Counted from the first letter of the stretch, positions 1 to 11,185 are shown. The stretch is 64,000 nt of DNA from an uncultured delta proteobacterium (GCA_963727445.1 CAVSGI010000021.1:640001-704000); one strand, 5' to 3'. Notes: a model not told the origin generated them from the letters alone. Made by a program: numbers and translations.

Positions 1-725
1 CGCCTTCGGATAGACGCGCGGTCGCCCGGTGGCTTCTTTCGCGGAGTAGCTGCTGCTGTATCGTGACGAGGCGCGCGCCTTCGTCGCCCAGTGCACCCGC
101 GTGTCCGGGGAGCGAATCGGGAAGTGGGCAGCCTCCTCGGGGCGGTATCTCTTCTCCCCGCCAGTCTCGAAGCGGGGTGGGGTCTCGCGGAGGGCGCTCA
201 GCGGCTCGGTCAGGATCGCGACCGCGTCGATCTCCTTCCACTCGTCGCCCCCGAAGGCGCGTGGCTTCACACGGAGGCGGAGCTTCGAGAGCGTCCGTCG
301 GCCGTCGAGCTTCACGTGGAGCAGGCGCGCCTCGCGCGTGTCCGAGAAGCGCCGGGCCTCGCCTCGATAGATCGGCTCGTTCTGCTCCAGGTCGATCGCC
401 TCGTAGACCGCGCCCGGACCGCAGGTCTCGAAGACCAACAGGGCGACCGCGCGCGTGGGCGGAAAGCGGAGCTCGATCCAGGGATCCTCGTCCGAGTTGT
501 CGGCGAGCCACGTGCCGTACTCGTCGCCGCCTTCGGGAAAGACCTTGGGCGGGCCCACGGCGGAGCGGGCCGCGTAGCTCGTGCTGTACTCGCTCGACGA
601 CTTCGCCTCGACCGCGAAGACCACCCGCCGGTCGGGCAGGCGGAAGTCGATGCCCTCGAGCGCCCGGCTCTCCAGTCGCTCGGCCTCACCGACGTCGCCG
701 CTCACGGCGCCGGACCCTAGCGCAT
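1..725 (-). CDS. Partial (runs off left edge) protein with tandem pappalysin/FBXL4-N-terminal-like beta-sandwich domains
   Basis: Manual translation from ATG at 725: ...AKSSSEYSTSYAARSAVGPPKVFPEGGD..TW....PWIELRF....VFETCGPGAV...EIDAVAIL, then a second copy WATKARASSRYSSSYSAKEATGRPRVYP. Not in the ORF track because no stop is in the window. Confidence 0.7.
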
Positions 726-727
726 CC

Positions 728-1702
728 TCACCCTCCCAGGCAGCCCCGTACCTCACCCGCCACGGCGCGCGCCGCCTCGCGGCCATTCGCGAGCCGCGAG
801 AGCCGCGCGTGGATGCGCCGCGCCTCGGTGCATCGATGCCGCCGGAGGAGGATCCCGATCGCCTCGCGGAGCACATCCGGGGCCGCGGGGGGATCGCTGG
901 CGAGCCAACGCGCGACGGGCGCGCGGGACACTCCGCTCGTGACGTCTTTGCGTCCGTCGCCGTTCCAATCGTCGTCCGCGATCCCGTTGGCGAGGGCGCC
1001 GAGGGCGGCCTCCACGTAGAGCGGCTCGCCTCCTTCGTCCACCAACGCCGCCGCGGCCCGGAAGGCCCCCTCGTCATCACCGGCGTAGACGGCGTCCGTC
1101 ATCATTCGCGCGCGGATCTCCGACCGGGCCACCGACCCCGCGGGGCTCAGCACCACCGAACGCGCCAGCGCTTCTTCGGCTTCGTGGGGGCGGCCGAAGC
1201 TTCGTTCGACCTCCGCCAGCTGCGCCCATCCCCGGGCCAGGTCCGGCGGCGCCCCCGGGCCAGGCGTGCAGGTGGCCGCCCGCGACGGGAAGGGGGGCAT
1301 CGCGCCCGCGAGGAGCGGCGCGGGCGCCGCCTCGGTGCAGAGCGCCGCCAGCATCGCGCGCTCCGCGCGGTCGAGCTCGGCCACCTCGGCCGAGGCCCGG
1401 CCGAAGATCCACGTGGCCTGCCGCACCTCGGGCGCCCTGGGGTGCTCGTCGACGAGCTCGTAGCTGGCCTCGTAGGCGACCTCCCAGGCGCCATTTGCGT
1501 ACGCCGCCCGCGCCTCCTGCAGGAGCCGGCGAGGCTCGAGGCTCCGCCGGTAGAGCGCCCAACGAAGCTCTTCCTTCACCTCGTGGTCGTCGAGCTCGTC
1601 CATCACGAGCGGGGGGAGGCTGCTCTCGCCTCCCGCCCCCTGCCTCGGCGGGACGCAGGCCACGAGCCAGAGCGACAGGCCCGCAAGGATGCACCACCTC
1701 AC
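728..1702 (-). CDS. TPR-like lipoprotein
   Basis: Lipobox LVAC after a hydrophobic signal; helical repeats with TPR/BamD-like pattern (YELVDEHPRAPEV). Confidence 0.65.
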   Translation of the reverse strand: MRWCILAGLSLWLVACVPPRQGAGGESSLPPLVMDELDDHEVKEELRWALYRRSLEPRRLLQEARAAYANGAWEVAYEASYELVDEHPRAPEVRQATWIFGRASAEVAELDRAERAMLAALCTEAAPAPLLAGAMPPFPSRAATCTPGPGAPPDLARGWAQLAEVERSFGRPHEAEEALARSVVLSPAGSVARSEIRARMMTDAVYAGDDEGAFRAAAALVDEGGEPLYVEAALGALANGIADDDWNGDGRKDVTSGVSRAPVARWLASDPPAAPDVLREAIGILLRRHRCTEARRIHARLSRLANGREAARAVAGEVRGCLGG

Positions 1703-1768
1703 GCTTCATCCTACGGGGCGGCGAGGCCCCGAAATTCCCCGCGGGCCCGCTTCTGCTATGCAGAGGCG

Positions 1769-2813
1769 GTGGACGACTGGGCCCATTGCGTGGAGGCGCT
1801 CCGAGCGGTCTCACGAACCTTCTCGAAGCCGATCGAGATGCTTCCCGAGGGGCTTCGGGAGGCCGTCACCTGCGCCTACCTCCTGTGTCGGATAGCCGAC
1901 ACCGTCGAAGATCGCCCTGATCTCCAGCTCTTCGAGCGTGACGTCCTCTTCGCCGCCCTCCTCGAGGTCCTCGAAGGCGCGGCCCCCGCCGACCACTTCA
2001 CGACAGCCTACGAGGCTCACTCGGGGAGCGGATCGGACGACGCCCTCTGCCGCTCTGCGCACCGGGTGATGGCGGTCTTCCGCGGGCTGCCGACGGAGGT
2101 GCAGGCGGCTTCGGTTCCGTGGATTCGGGGAGATGGTGCGGGGGATGGCCCTCTACGCCCACCGCCCACCCGGCCCCGATGGGCTGTCCGCCGTGATGGA
2201 CCTCGCCGACCTCGAGCGGTACTGCTGGTTCGTCGCCGGGACGGTGGGGCGGTTGCTCACCGAGCTCTTCCTCGCCCACCTGGGCCCTGGGCTCGACGAG
2301 GCGCGCGCAGGGACGCTGCGGCGGAGCGCTGGGGAGTTCGGTCTGGGCCTTCAGCTCACCAACGTCCTCAAGGACGTCACCGACGACCGGGCTCGGCGGG
2401 TCAGCTACATCCCGCGGGAGCTGGTGCGCGCCGAAGGCCTGGCCCTCGCGGAGCTCTGCGATCCCGCCCATCGCGACGCGGCCCATCGCGCGCTCGGGCC
2501 GGTCTTCGACCGCGCCGAGATCGCCCTCGATGGGGCGTTCGCCTATGTCCTGGCGATCCCTTCCGCGGCGCGGCAGATCCGGCTCTTCTGCCTTCTGCCC
2601 ATCTGGATGGCGCGCCGCACGCTTCGTCTGTCGCGGGGCAACGACGACATCTTCATCGACGACCATCCCGTGAAGATCTCCCGCGAGGAGGTGGCGCAGC
2701 TGATCGACGATTGCGTCGCCCGCTGCGAGGACGACGCGGCGCTCCGCGAAGGCTGGGCTAGCGCTCCTCGGGCGGGGCCACGGTGTCCACCTCGCGAGCC
2801 ACCTCGGGGATGA
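1769..2813 (+). CDS. Squalene/phytoene synthase family protein (frameshift at ~2122-2126)
   Basis: VSRTF, YLLCRIADTVED, then in the next frame YCWFVAGTVG and GLGLQLTNVLKDVTDD (Asp-rich isoprenoid synthase motifs). Removing one T from GATTC restores W-I-G-E-M. Confidence 0.85.
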
Positions 2814-4993
2814 GCTCGATCACCGGCGGGCGCGCCACCGCCTGGGTGTGCAGCGGATAGCTCACCACCACCGCGCCGCGAAAGCGCGGGACGTCGAGCT
2901 GATGCGCCGCGCTCATCAAGCAGGTGCGGAGCTCGTCGGTGATCGATCCGTCGACGTGCGCTTCGGTGAGCTCGCGATCCTCGAGGCGGATCACGAAGGT
3001 GGCGCGCACCGAGTAGTCGAGCCGGCCGGCGCGGTCCCGCCGGAAGCAGCGTCGCGCGACGGGCATCACCCGCTCGCGGAGCATGCGGAGCACCGTCTCC
3101 GCCGGCACGCCGCGCCCCGAGCGGTCGGCGGCGGCGGCGTGGGTCGGCGAAGGTCCGCGCGGCGTGCAGCTTCGCGCCATCGCCAGCGCGACCGGCGCGG
3201 CGTCGAAGCTGACGCCGCTCGCGCGCCGCGCCGGGCCACGGGCGTCGATGCACGCCGCGTCCGAGCTGCCGGCGCGCGCCGCCACGTCCTCCTGGTCGAG
3301 CGCGTAGAGAGAAGTGCGCTCGCCGGTGGCGAGCCCGGCGAGCGCGCGTCCCCGTGCGCCGTCCACGCGCGCGGTCGACGCGCGGCCCGCCCCGCGCAGC
3401 GAGAGGCGGCCACCGGGTACGACGCCCTGCCAGGAGAGCTGCTCGCCCGCAAGGAGCGCGCCCAGGGCGATCCGCCGGCCGCCCAGGACGAGCGCCACCG
3501 AGCTCCGCACCTCGGGCGCGAAGAGCCGTCCGATCCGCTCCTCGAGCTCGGCGGTGCTCTGCCCGCGCACCGCGAGCCCGGCCTCGTCGCCCGCCTCGAT
3601 GACGACGCCGCCGCTCGCGCGCGCGCCCTCGGCGAGCGCGGGCCAGACCCCGCGATCGCCCACACCGATCACGGAGATGCGCATGCCATCGCGCCGCGCC
3701 TCGGCGAAGGCGGCCGCTGCCTCCGGACCGCGGGTGATGCCGCCGTCGCCCACGATCACCAGATGCAGCGGGCGGCGTCCCCCCTCTTCGCCCACCAGCG
3801 CGCGCGCGAGAGAGACGGCCGCTTCGATCCGCGTCGCCGATCCGAGCTCGTCGAGAGACCGAGCGCGCGAGTGGAACCAGGGGGACCTCGTCGGGCGCGC
3901 GCGGCGACTCGAGCAGGCCGCGCGCTTCCGCGCCGAAGGCGAGCGCCCAGACCCGCGTCCCCCGGGGCGCCGCCGAGAGAATCGCCGCCACCGCCGGTGC
4001 GATGCGGCTCCGTGCGGGTCCTTCGGTCGACGGAGAGGCGTCGAGGGCGAGCACCAAATCTTCGGCGCTCCCACCGCGAGGGCCCGCCGTGACCGTCACC
4101 CGAGCGCAGCGCGCGTCGCCGCAAGCGAAGCGTTCGACCCGCGCCGTGGTCGGAGCGCCCGTCGGGAGCTGGGCCGTGACGGTGATCGGGTACCACGCAT
4201 CGCGAACGATGGGCGCTTCGGCCGGGAGCTCGTCCACCGCGACGCCGATCATCGACCGCGCCGTCGCGCGCACGGTGGTGGGCGCCGCCCGGGGATCCTG
4301 TCCGCGACCCGGCAGGGTGAGCCGCGCCACGCCGCCGATGATCGGCGCGGGCGCCAGATACGCGACCTGGACGACGAGGGTGCCGCGCGGAGGGACGGGC
4401 GCGGCGAGGATCTCGAGCGCGTCGCCCCGCGCGTCGTGCACGTGCTCGGCGGCGGCGATCGGCGCGGGCTCCTCCGCGCCGCGCGCGCGCACGGCGGCGT
4501 CGTAGGCGCCCCGCCCGGCGTCACCGAGCGCGAGCCCCTCGCGGCAGCGTTCACCGACGCAGGCGGAGAGCGAAGCGAGGGCCGCGCCGTCGGGGAGAGC
4601 GAGGCGGTATTTCACCTCGGCCGGGTGACGGGCGCGGCTCGAGAAGGTGAGCTCGGTGGTGACGCGCGCGAGCCCGTCGGCGAGCTCGACCGCCACGTCG
4701 TGGTGGGTCTCGCGCACGGCGTTGATCGCCGTCACCACCTCCCCGCTGGTCGGGCTCACGCTGGGCGGCCGTGGTCCCCGCGCGGCGATCTCCTCGGGGG
4801 TCTCGGGCGCTTCCGGCCCGGGCGGCCCGGGGACGTTGGACAGATCGCTGACCGGGTCGATCCCGATGGGGTCGTCGGAGTGCGGGTCGGTGTTCACCAG
4901 CTCGTCGAGGGTCGGGGGGCCGCCCTGCGCCGACGCGACCGCCGGAACGGAAACCATCAGCCAGAAGGAAGCGAGCCGAGCCCAGAGCCGCAT
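2758..4993 (-). CDS. Secreted VIT + vWA domain protein with C-terminal AgmX/PglI (TonB-C-like) domain (frameshift ~3858)
   Basis: Signal peptide MRLWARL..AVASA; VIT-like HDVAVELADGLARVTTELTF; MIDAS-like LDASPS; C-terminal RRCF...TCL...VSYPL. Joins ORFs 2543..5050 and 2758..4074. Confidence 0.7.
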
Positions 4994-5169
4994 ATTGGTG
5001 ACGACACCCCGGATCCCGAGATGTTCCGGGTGCGCGTTCGAGGATGACACGTCCTCGAGAAGCGCCCCACAGCCGGGAAATCCGCCCGTTGTAGGTCGCG
5101 CCGATCGTCCTTACCCTGTCGGGGCGCCAGGAGGCCTCTTTTCGCCTCCCGCGCCAGGAGGAACGGCCG

Positions 5170-6408
5170 ATGGGGATCATGGATTTCGTGAAGAGCGGCG
5201 TGCAGGAGCTGATGATCGCGCGCCCCGACGACAAGAAGAATCTGCTCGTCTACAAGCACCCCGATCCCACCATCCCCCACTTCTCGCAGCTCACCGTCGA
5301 CGCCGACGAGGCGGCGGTCTTCTTCCGCGACGGCTCGTTGGTGGGCACGCTGCGCACAGCCGGTGCGGGTCAGCGCCACACGCTGAGCGCGCAGAACATC
5401 CCGTTCCTTTCGAACCTCGTCGACAGCTTCACCGGCGGCAACATCTTCACGACGGACCTCTTCTTCGTGACGATGCGCCCCATCTACAACGTCCCCTTCG
5501 GCGACGCGCTCGGGATGATGGAAGACCCGGCGCTCGGCGAGATGGTCACGCCCCGCGTCTTCGGTCGCATGGCCTTCCAGGTCGAAGATCCCGAGAAGCT
5601 GATCCTTCGCTACCTCGGCATCCGCGCCACCACCGAAGCCGAGCAGGCGGAGTGGATCAAGAAGACGCTCATCGCGAGCGTGAAGACCGTGGTGGGCACC
5701 TACGGCGACCAGAACGGGGTGAGCCTGCTGCAGATGATGGGGCTGACCCAGCAGCTCAAGGAAGAGTTCGTCAAGAACGCGCCCGAGCTGAACGACATCG
5801 GGATCAAGATCCTCGAGATCGCCGACTTCAACCTGAACCTGAACGACGAGGAGTACGCGCGGCTTCAGGAAGCGCAGGCGGAAATCGGTGCGGCCAAGCG
5901 CGCGGCCCGCGTCGCCAACATCAACATCGCCAAGGCCGAGGCCGAGGCGAAGCAGAAGCAGTTCGAGCTCGACCAGACGTACCAGCAGGACTCTCGCTAC
6001 GTGAACAACCTCGCCCAGGGCAACTTCGGCAACTACGCGGCCGGCAAGGCCATGATGGGCGCCGGCGAAGGGATGGCCAAGGGCGGCGGCGGCGGTGAGG
6101 GCGGCGGCGGCGGCGGACCGATGATGACCGGCGCGGGGCTCGGCGTCGGCATGGGCATGGCGTCGATGATGGGCCAGGGGTTCAACCAGGCCCAGCAGCC
6201 GCAGGCCCGTCCGCCTGCGCAGCCCCAGCCCGCGACGAGCGGGCCGACCACCTGCCCCTCCTGCAACGCCAGCGTCCCGGGCGGGAAGTTCTGCGCCGAG
6301 TGCGGCGCGAACCTCGTGCCCAAGGAGCGCTTCTGCCCCTCTTGCGGAACGAAGGGCTCGGCCACCGCGAAGTTCTGCGCCGAGTGCGGCACGAGTTTCC
6401 CCCAGTAA
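5170..6408 (+). CDS. SPFH (band 7-like, YdjI/virion-core family) protein with double zinc ribbon
   Basis: SQLTVDADEAAVFFRDG, HTLSAQNIPFLS; GAGLGVGMGM; C-terminal CPSC..KFCAECG..FCPSCG..KFCAECG. Confidence 0.85.
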   Translation: MGIMDFVKSGVQELMIARPDDKKNLLVYKHPDPTIPHFSQLTVDADEAAVFFRDGSLVGTLRTAGAGQRHTLSAQNIPFLSNLVDSFTGGNIFTTDLFFVTMRPIYNVPFGDALGMMEDPALGEMVTPRVFGRMAFQVEDPEKLILRYLGIRATTEAEQAEWIKKTLIASVKTVVGTYGDQNGVSLLQMMGLTQQLKEEFVKNAPELNDIGIKILEIADFNLNLNDEEYARLQEAQAEIGAAKRAARVANINIAKAEAEAKQKQFELDQTYQQDSRYVNNLAQGNFGNYAAGKAMMGAGEGMAKGGGGGEGGGGGGPMMTGAGLGVGMGMASMMGQGFNQAQQPQARPPAQPQPATSGPTTCPSCNASVPGGKFCAECGANLVPKERFCPSCGTKGSATAKFCAECGTSFPQ

Positions 6409-6425
6409 TTCCAATCTTCACGGCG

Positions 6426-6455
6426 TTGCGCTTCGAGCGGCCGCCCACATACAAT
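6426..6455 (+). promoter_or_regulatory. Putative sigma70-type promoter (TTGCGC-N18-TACAAT) for the kinase gene
   Basis: Near-consensus -10 lies 10 nt upstream of ATG 6466; no SD sequence. Confidence 0.4.
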
Positions 6456-6465
6456 CGGCCCGTCG

Positions 6466-8118
6466 ATGCGTTACTGCCCGACTTGCGGCGCGCGGTTCTC
6501 GGAGGAAGTCGGCTTCTGTCCGACGGATGGATCGCCGACGAACGAAATGGCGGAGACCGGCCCGCAGGAGGATCCCCTCCTGGGCCGGGTGATCGACGGC
6601 CGCTATCGCATCGAAGAGCAGCTGGGCGAAGGCGGCATGGGCGTCGTCTACCTCGCCTCGCACACGGTCCTCGGTAAGAAGCTCGCCCTCAAGGTCCTCC
6701 GCGGCGAGATGGCGAAGGACGAGGACACGGTGAAGCGCTTCATGCAGGAGGCGCAGGCGGCGACCGCGATCGGTCAGCAGAACATCATCGACATCAGCGA
6801 CTTCGGTCAGCTCCCGGACGGAACGACCTACTTCGTCATGGAGCACCTCGACGGCATGGCGCTGACCAAGCTGATCAAGCAGGGCGGCTCGGTGCCGATG
6901 GCCGACGCCATCCGCATCATCCGCCAGATCGCAGCGGCCCTGGGGGCGGCCCATCAGGTCGGTGTCGTCCACCGCGATCTCAAGCCCGACAACGTGATGC
7001 TGATCACCCGCGGCGGCGATCCCTACTTCGTGAAGGTCCTCGACTTCGGCATCGCCAAGGTCGGTGGCGCGGCCAGCAAGCTCACCAAGACCGGGATGGT
7101 CTTCGGGACGCCGCACTACATGGCGCCCGAGCAGGCGGCGGGGCAGGCCGTGGACCGCCGCACGGACATCTACGCCCTCGGCGTGATCATGTACGAGATG
7201 TTCACCGGGAAGGTGCCCTTCGACGCCGACACCTTCATGGCGATCCTCTCGAAGCACATGTTCGAGCCACCGATCCCGCCCAGCCAGCAGCTGAGCGAGG
7301 TGAAGCTCGGCGCCATCGAGGACGTGATCCTGAAGGCGCTCGCCAAGAAGCCCGAGGACCGCTACCAGACCATGGAAGCGCTCATCAAAGACCTCGACAC
7401 CCTCGCCTCGGGAGGGACGGTCGAGATCGGCGGGATGGGCTTGTCGCCTCCCGGCAACCTCGCCGACGCCCTCGAGCCGCCTTCGCGGACCGAGATGCGG
7501 CTCTCCAATCCGGAGACCGTGGAGATCCCGGGGAAGAAGAGCGCGATGCCGCTGATCGCCGGGTTCCTCTTCCTCCTTCTCCTGGGCGGAGGGGCGGCCG
7601 CCGCGGCCCTCTTCGCTTTCGGTGACGACGACACGGAGACGCCGCCGCTGGTCGCGACGCCTCCCGACGCCTCCCTGGCGCCCCCCGACGCCGCGGTGGT
7701 GGACGCCTCCGAGCACGTGGTCGGCGAGGAGGAGGACGAGAGCGTTGCCCGTGTGGAGATCCGCTCCGAGCCCCCGGGCGCCACGGTGCTGATCGACGGC
7801 GCGATCGTGGGCAACACCGCGCGCGGACCCGACGGGGTGCCGCTCCAGCTTCGCCGCCCCGAGGGCGACGCGGTCTTGAACGTCACCGTGCATGCGCTCG
7901 GCCACGAAGACCGGGCGGTGGTGATCATGTCGACGAGCCCACCGGTGATCCCGGTCGAGCTTCCCGAAGAGGAACGAGAGGAGACGCCGCGCCCCAACAT
8001 GCGCCGTCATCCCATGTCCAACACCGAGATGACCGAGCCCGCGCAGATGGAGCCTTTGCCTCAGATGATGACAAGCACCCACTCGTCGGACGTCGTCGAT
8101 CCATGGGCCGACGAATGA
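6466..8118 (+). CDS. Hanks-type Ser/Thr protein kinase with TM helix and PEGA-like domain
   Basis: N-terminal CPTC..FCPTDG; LGEGGMGVVY, ALKVL, HRDLKPDN, DFG, GTPHYMAPE; TM segment; IRSEPPGATVLIDG. Confidence 0.95.
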   Translation: MRYCPTCGARFSEEVGFCPTDGSPTNEMAETGPQEDPLLGRVIDGRYRIEEQLGEGGMGVVYLASHTVLGKKLALKVLRGEMAKDEDTVKRFMQEAQAATAIGQQNIIDISDFGQLPDGTTYFVMEHLDGMALTKLIKQGGSVPMADAIRIIRQIAAALGAAHQVGVVHRDLKPDNVMLITRGGDPYFVKVLDFGIAKVGGAASKLTKTGMVFGTPHYMAPEQAAGQAVDRRTDIYALGVIMYEMFTGKVPFDADTFMAILSKHMFEPPIPPSQQLSEVKLGAIEDVILKALAKKPEDRYQTMEALIKDLDTLASGGTVEIGGMGLSPPGNLADALEPPSRTEMRLSNPETVEIPGKKSAMPLIAGFLFLLLLGGGAAAAALFAFGDDDTETPPLVATPPDASLAPPDAAVVDASEHVVGEEEDESVARVEIRSEPPGATVLIDGAIVGNTARGPDGVPLQLRRPEGDAVLNVTVHALGHEDRAVVIMSTSPPVIPVELPEEEREETPRPNMRRHPMSNTEMTEPAQMEPLPQMMTSTHSSDVVDPWADE

Positions 8119-9734
8119 CCCGTCTCGCGCTGGCTCTCGCCAGCCTCGTGCTCGCAGCTTGTGGCGGCGCCAGCAGCTCCGGCGCCCTCGCGGGTCGCGC
8201 GCCCACCATCACCGTCGAAGCGCCGGCTCCCGGCCTCGAACGCTACGCCACCGAGAGCACGCCGGAGCCGGTGGTGGGCGAGAGCGAGGCCGCCGCGGGC
8301 GTGGAGCGCGGGATCCGTCGCGCTGCCGAGGAAGCGGGGGTCGAGCTTCAGGGCGACGGGCGCCTGGCGCTCCTCGCCGCCTGGACCGCCGAGCATCTGG
8401 GCGAGGGGGGGACCCCTCCTCCGCACGAGGTGATGGAGTTCTTCTCGCAGCACCTCGGCCTGGTCGAGCCCACCCCACACCTGATCATCCTCGGGCAGCC
8501 CGATCCCGAGATGCTCGAAGCCGGCATCGCCGACAGCATCGGACAGCGCCTCGCGCGGCAGTCCTACACGCACTTCGGTGCCGCGGTGATCCCGCGCCAG
8601 GGCCTGACCCTCGCCATCGTCACCCTCTCGACTCGCTATCTGGAAATGGAGCCGATCTCGCGCGAGGTCAACGCCGGATCGACGGTGCGCCTCGAGGGTC
8701 GCTTGGTGGGTGCGCACAGCAATCCCTCCGTCGCGGTCACCGGGCCCGGTGGCGCGACCTCGCGGCAGACCGGAGGACAGGGGCCGCGCTTCGAGCTCCC
8801 GGTCGCCACGACCGAGAGCGGCGTCTATCGCGTCGAGCTTCTGGCCGAGGGCCCACGCGGCGACACGGTGATCGCCAACTTCCCACTCTACGCCGGCATG
8901 GAGGCGCCGACCTCCATCACCCTCGGTGGGGACCCGGAAGGCGAGAGCGGAGATCCCTCCGACGTGGCCGATGCGCTCTTCGCTCTGCTCAACGACGCGC
9001 GTCGGGGCGTGGGCGCCGAACCGCTCGAGCGCGACGAAGCTCTCGATCGCATCTCGCTCGCGCACAGCCAGGACATGATGGAGAACGAATTCGTCGCTCA
9101 CGAGTCGCCCACGACGGGCGGGGCACCCGATCGGGTGCATCGGGCGGGCCTGTCGAGCGGTCTCATCCTGGAGAACATCGGCCGGGGTTACAGCGCCACC
9201 GAGATTCACCGCGGGCTGATGGCCAGCCCCGGCCATCGTGCGAACATCCTGAACCCCGATGTCACCCACGGCGGGGTGGGCGTCGTGGTCGAAGAGGAGG
9301 GCGATCGACGTGCGTTCGTCGCGACCGAGGTCTTCATCCGGGCCAACCGCGAGGTCGATCTCAGCCGGGCTCCCGAGCAGCTCCTCGCGTTGATCAACGA
9401 CGCCCGCCGGCGCCGAGGTGCGGCGCCGGTCGAGCTCGATCCGAACCTGCAACGCGCGGCGCAACGCGGCGCCGAGCACTACTTCAGCGAGCCGGACCTG
9501 ACGCAGCAGGACGTGGTGGACGAAGCGAGCGCGAGCCTGAGGCGTTTCGCGATCGCCTTCTCGCGCGTCGGCGGGCTGATGGCGGTGGTGGATCAGATCG
9601 ACGAAGCGGGCAGCCTCGAGCCGACCTTCGACGCGGACCTTCGTTACGTCGGCATCGGTGTCGCCCAGGGAAGTCGTCCCGACGTCCCGAGCAACTCGCT
9701 CGCCGTCGTCATCATGCTCGCTTGGCCGCGATGA
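8115..9734 (+). CDS. CAP (SCP) domain lipoprotein
   Basis: Lipobox LAAC; LNDARR, HSQDM, ENIG, LMASPGHRANIL; second degenerate CAP domain; ATGA overlap with the kinase stop. Confidence 0.85.
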   Translation: MTRLALALASLVLAACGGASSSGALAGRAPTITVEAPAPGLERYATESTPEPVVGESEAAAGVERGIRRAAEEAGVELQGDGRLALLAAWTAEHLGEGGTPPPHEVMEFFSQHLGLVEPTPHLIILGQPDPEMLEAGIADSIGQRLARQSYTHFGAAVIPRQGLTLAIVTLSTRYLEMEPISREVNAGSTVRLEGRLVGAHSNPSVAVTGPGGATSRQTGGQGPRFELPVATTESGVYRVELLAEGPRGDTVIANFPLYAGMEAPTSITLGGDPEGESGDPSDVADALFALLNDARRGVGAEPLERDEALDRISLAHSQDMMENEFVAHESPTTGGAPDRVHRAGLSSGLILENIGRGYSATEIHRGLMASPGHRANILNPDVTHGGVGVVVEEEGDRRAFVATEVFIRANREVDLSRAPEQLLALINDARRRRGAAPVELDPNLQRAAQRGAEHYFSEPDLTQQDVVDEASASLRRFAIAFSRVGGLMAVVDQIDEAGSLEPTFDADLRYVGIGVAQGSRPDVPSNSLAVVIMLAWPR

Positions 9735-10775
9735 GAGCGGCCCTCGGCCTCGTCCTGCTGACGACGCTCCTGCGCCCGACGCCCGTCGACGCGTGCGCGC
9801 CCGTGTTCCCACAGGGCAAGCGGGTCTCCATCGACGCGGAGGAGGCGCTGATCGTCTGGGACCCGGAGGCAGGGGTCGAGCACTTCATCCGCCGCGCGAG
9901 CTTCCGCACCGACGCGGACGACTTCGGCTTCCTGGTGCCGACTCCGTCGGTCCCGGAGCTCTCCGAGGTGGACAACCACGTCTTCGATCGGCTGACGGCA
10001 TACCAGGAGCCCGAGGTCCGCTACACCCACGCGTGGGACCTGACCACCTGCTGCGCCGCCCCGCTGTCGATGATGCTGGCGCGCGAACCCCAGCCCCTCG
10101 CGGCCGCGGCGATGCCCGAAGCCGTTCAGGTCCTCGCACAGGCCAGGGTCGCCGGGCTCGACGCGACAGTCCTTCGCGCCTCCGACCCGGAGGAGCTCAG
10201 CGCCTGGCTCGGGGAGCACGGATACGAGGACCGCTCGGAGCTCGTGGCCTGGCTCGCTCCCTACGTGGCGGATGGCTATGCGATCACCGCCTTCCGCTTT
10301 CAAAAGTCCGACACCAGCTCCGAGAACATCGGGAGCCGTGCGGTGCGCATGACCTTCGAAACCGAGCGTCCCTTCTATCCCTATCGCGAGCCCACCGACT
10401 CCCCAGAGGAGCCCTACCGCGCGCTCTGGCTCGACATCGTCGCTCCCGCGCGCGCGAGCGGTCGTCTCCTCGCCGACGGCGAGTGGGCTCCGGAGACGCT
10501 CTTCGCCGCGCCCATCGACGATCCCGCGCGCCTACTGGGCGACGCGCGCAGCGACGTGAACGGACCTCTGTGGCTCACCACCATCATCGACCGCTCGGTC
10601 TCGCGTGCCGACGCCGATCTCGTCTTCGATGTCGCGCCGGGTGAGGAGCTTCGCCCACCGCCGCGCATCATCCGCGGCGAGGCCTACCTGATCCCGATTC
10701 CGATTCGAGCCCGCGCTCGTCGGAGGCGCGGGGCTCTGGTGGTGGCGACGTCGCAAGAAGCGCGCGTCGAGCTAG
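9731..10775 (+). CDS. DUF2330 domain protein with C-terminal membrane anchor (frameshift ~10702)
   Basis: EEALIVWD...EHFIRRASF..DFGFLVPTPSVP, WLGEHGY, WLAPYV. Correcting GATTC to GATC gives [22 protein letters not shown] whose stop overlaps the convergent gene's stop (CTAG). Confidence 0.8.
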
Positions 10776-11185
10776 AACGCGAGGTTGCCCTTGTTCTTGT
10801 TCGCGTTGGCCGCTTCTTGGGAGCTGTCGACGTAAGCGTAGCCGCCCGAGACTGAGAAGGCAGGACCGTTGTCGGCGAGGACCGTGATGTCGACGGGACC
10901 GGTCTCGTCGCGCTCCGGCGTGACCACGAGCAGCGTCTCGGGGTTGATCACCGTGACCGATGTTGCTTTTCGGTTGCCGAAATACACGCGGTAGCCGATG
11001 TCCGGGCGGAAGTTCATGCCTTTGATCTGCACCGGCTGGTCGCCGATCATCCCGCCCTGACGGGGCTCGACGTCGAGGATGGCCATCTCGCCGCCCTCGT
11101 CGCCGCACGCTGCGACGAGCACCGAGGCGAAGAACGACGCCGCCACCAGAAGGATCGTGAACGTCACCCGCTTTTTCCCGCTCAT
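10772..11185 (-). CDS. IPT/TIG domain lipoprotein
   Basis: Lipobox [25 protein letters not shown]...VYFG...LLVVTP...GPVDITV. Confidence 0.8.
   Translation of the reverse strand: MSGKKRVTFTILLVAASFFASVLVAACGDEGGEMAILDVEPRQGGMIGDQPVQIKGMNFRPDIGYRVYFGNRKATSVTVINPETLLVVTPERDETGPVDITVLADNGPAFSVSGGYAYVDSSQEAANANKNKGNLAF

Noticed and set aside
8159..9730. N-terminal extensions of ORFs 8159..10855, 21461..24265, 15568..17226, 48343..50463 suggesting fusions
   Set aside because: These are off-frame read-through of upstream genes; the real starts mostly lie at stop/start overlaps.
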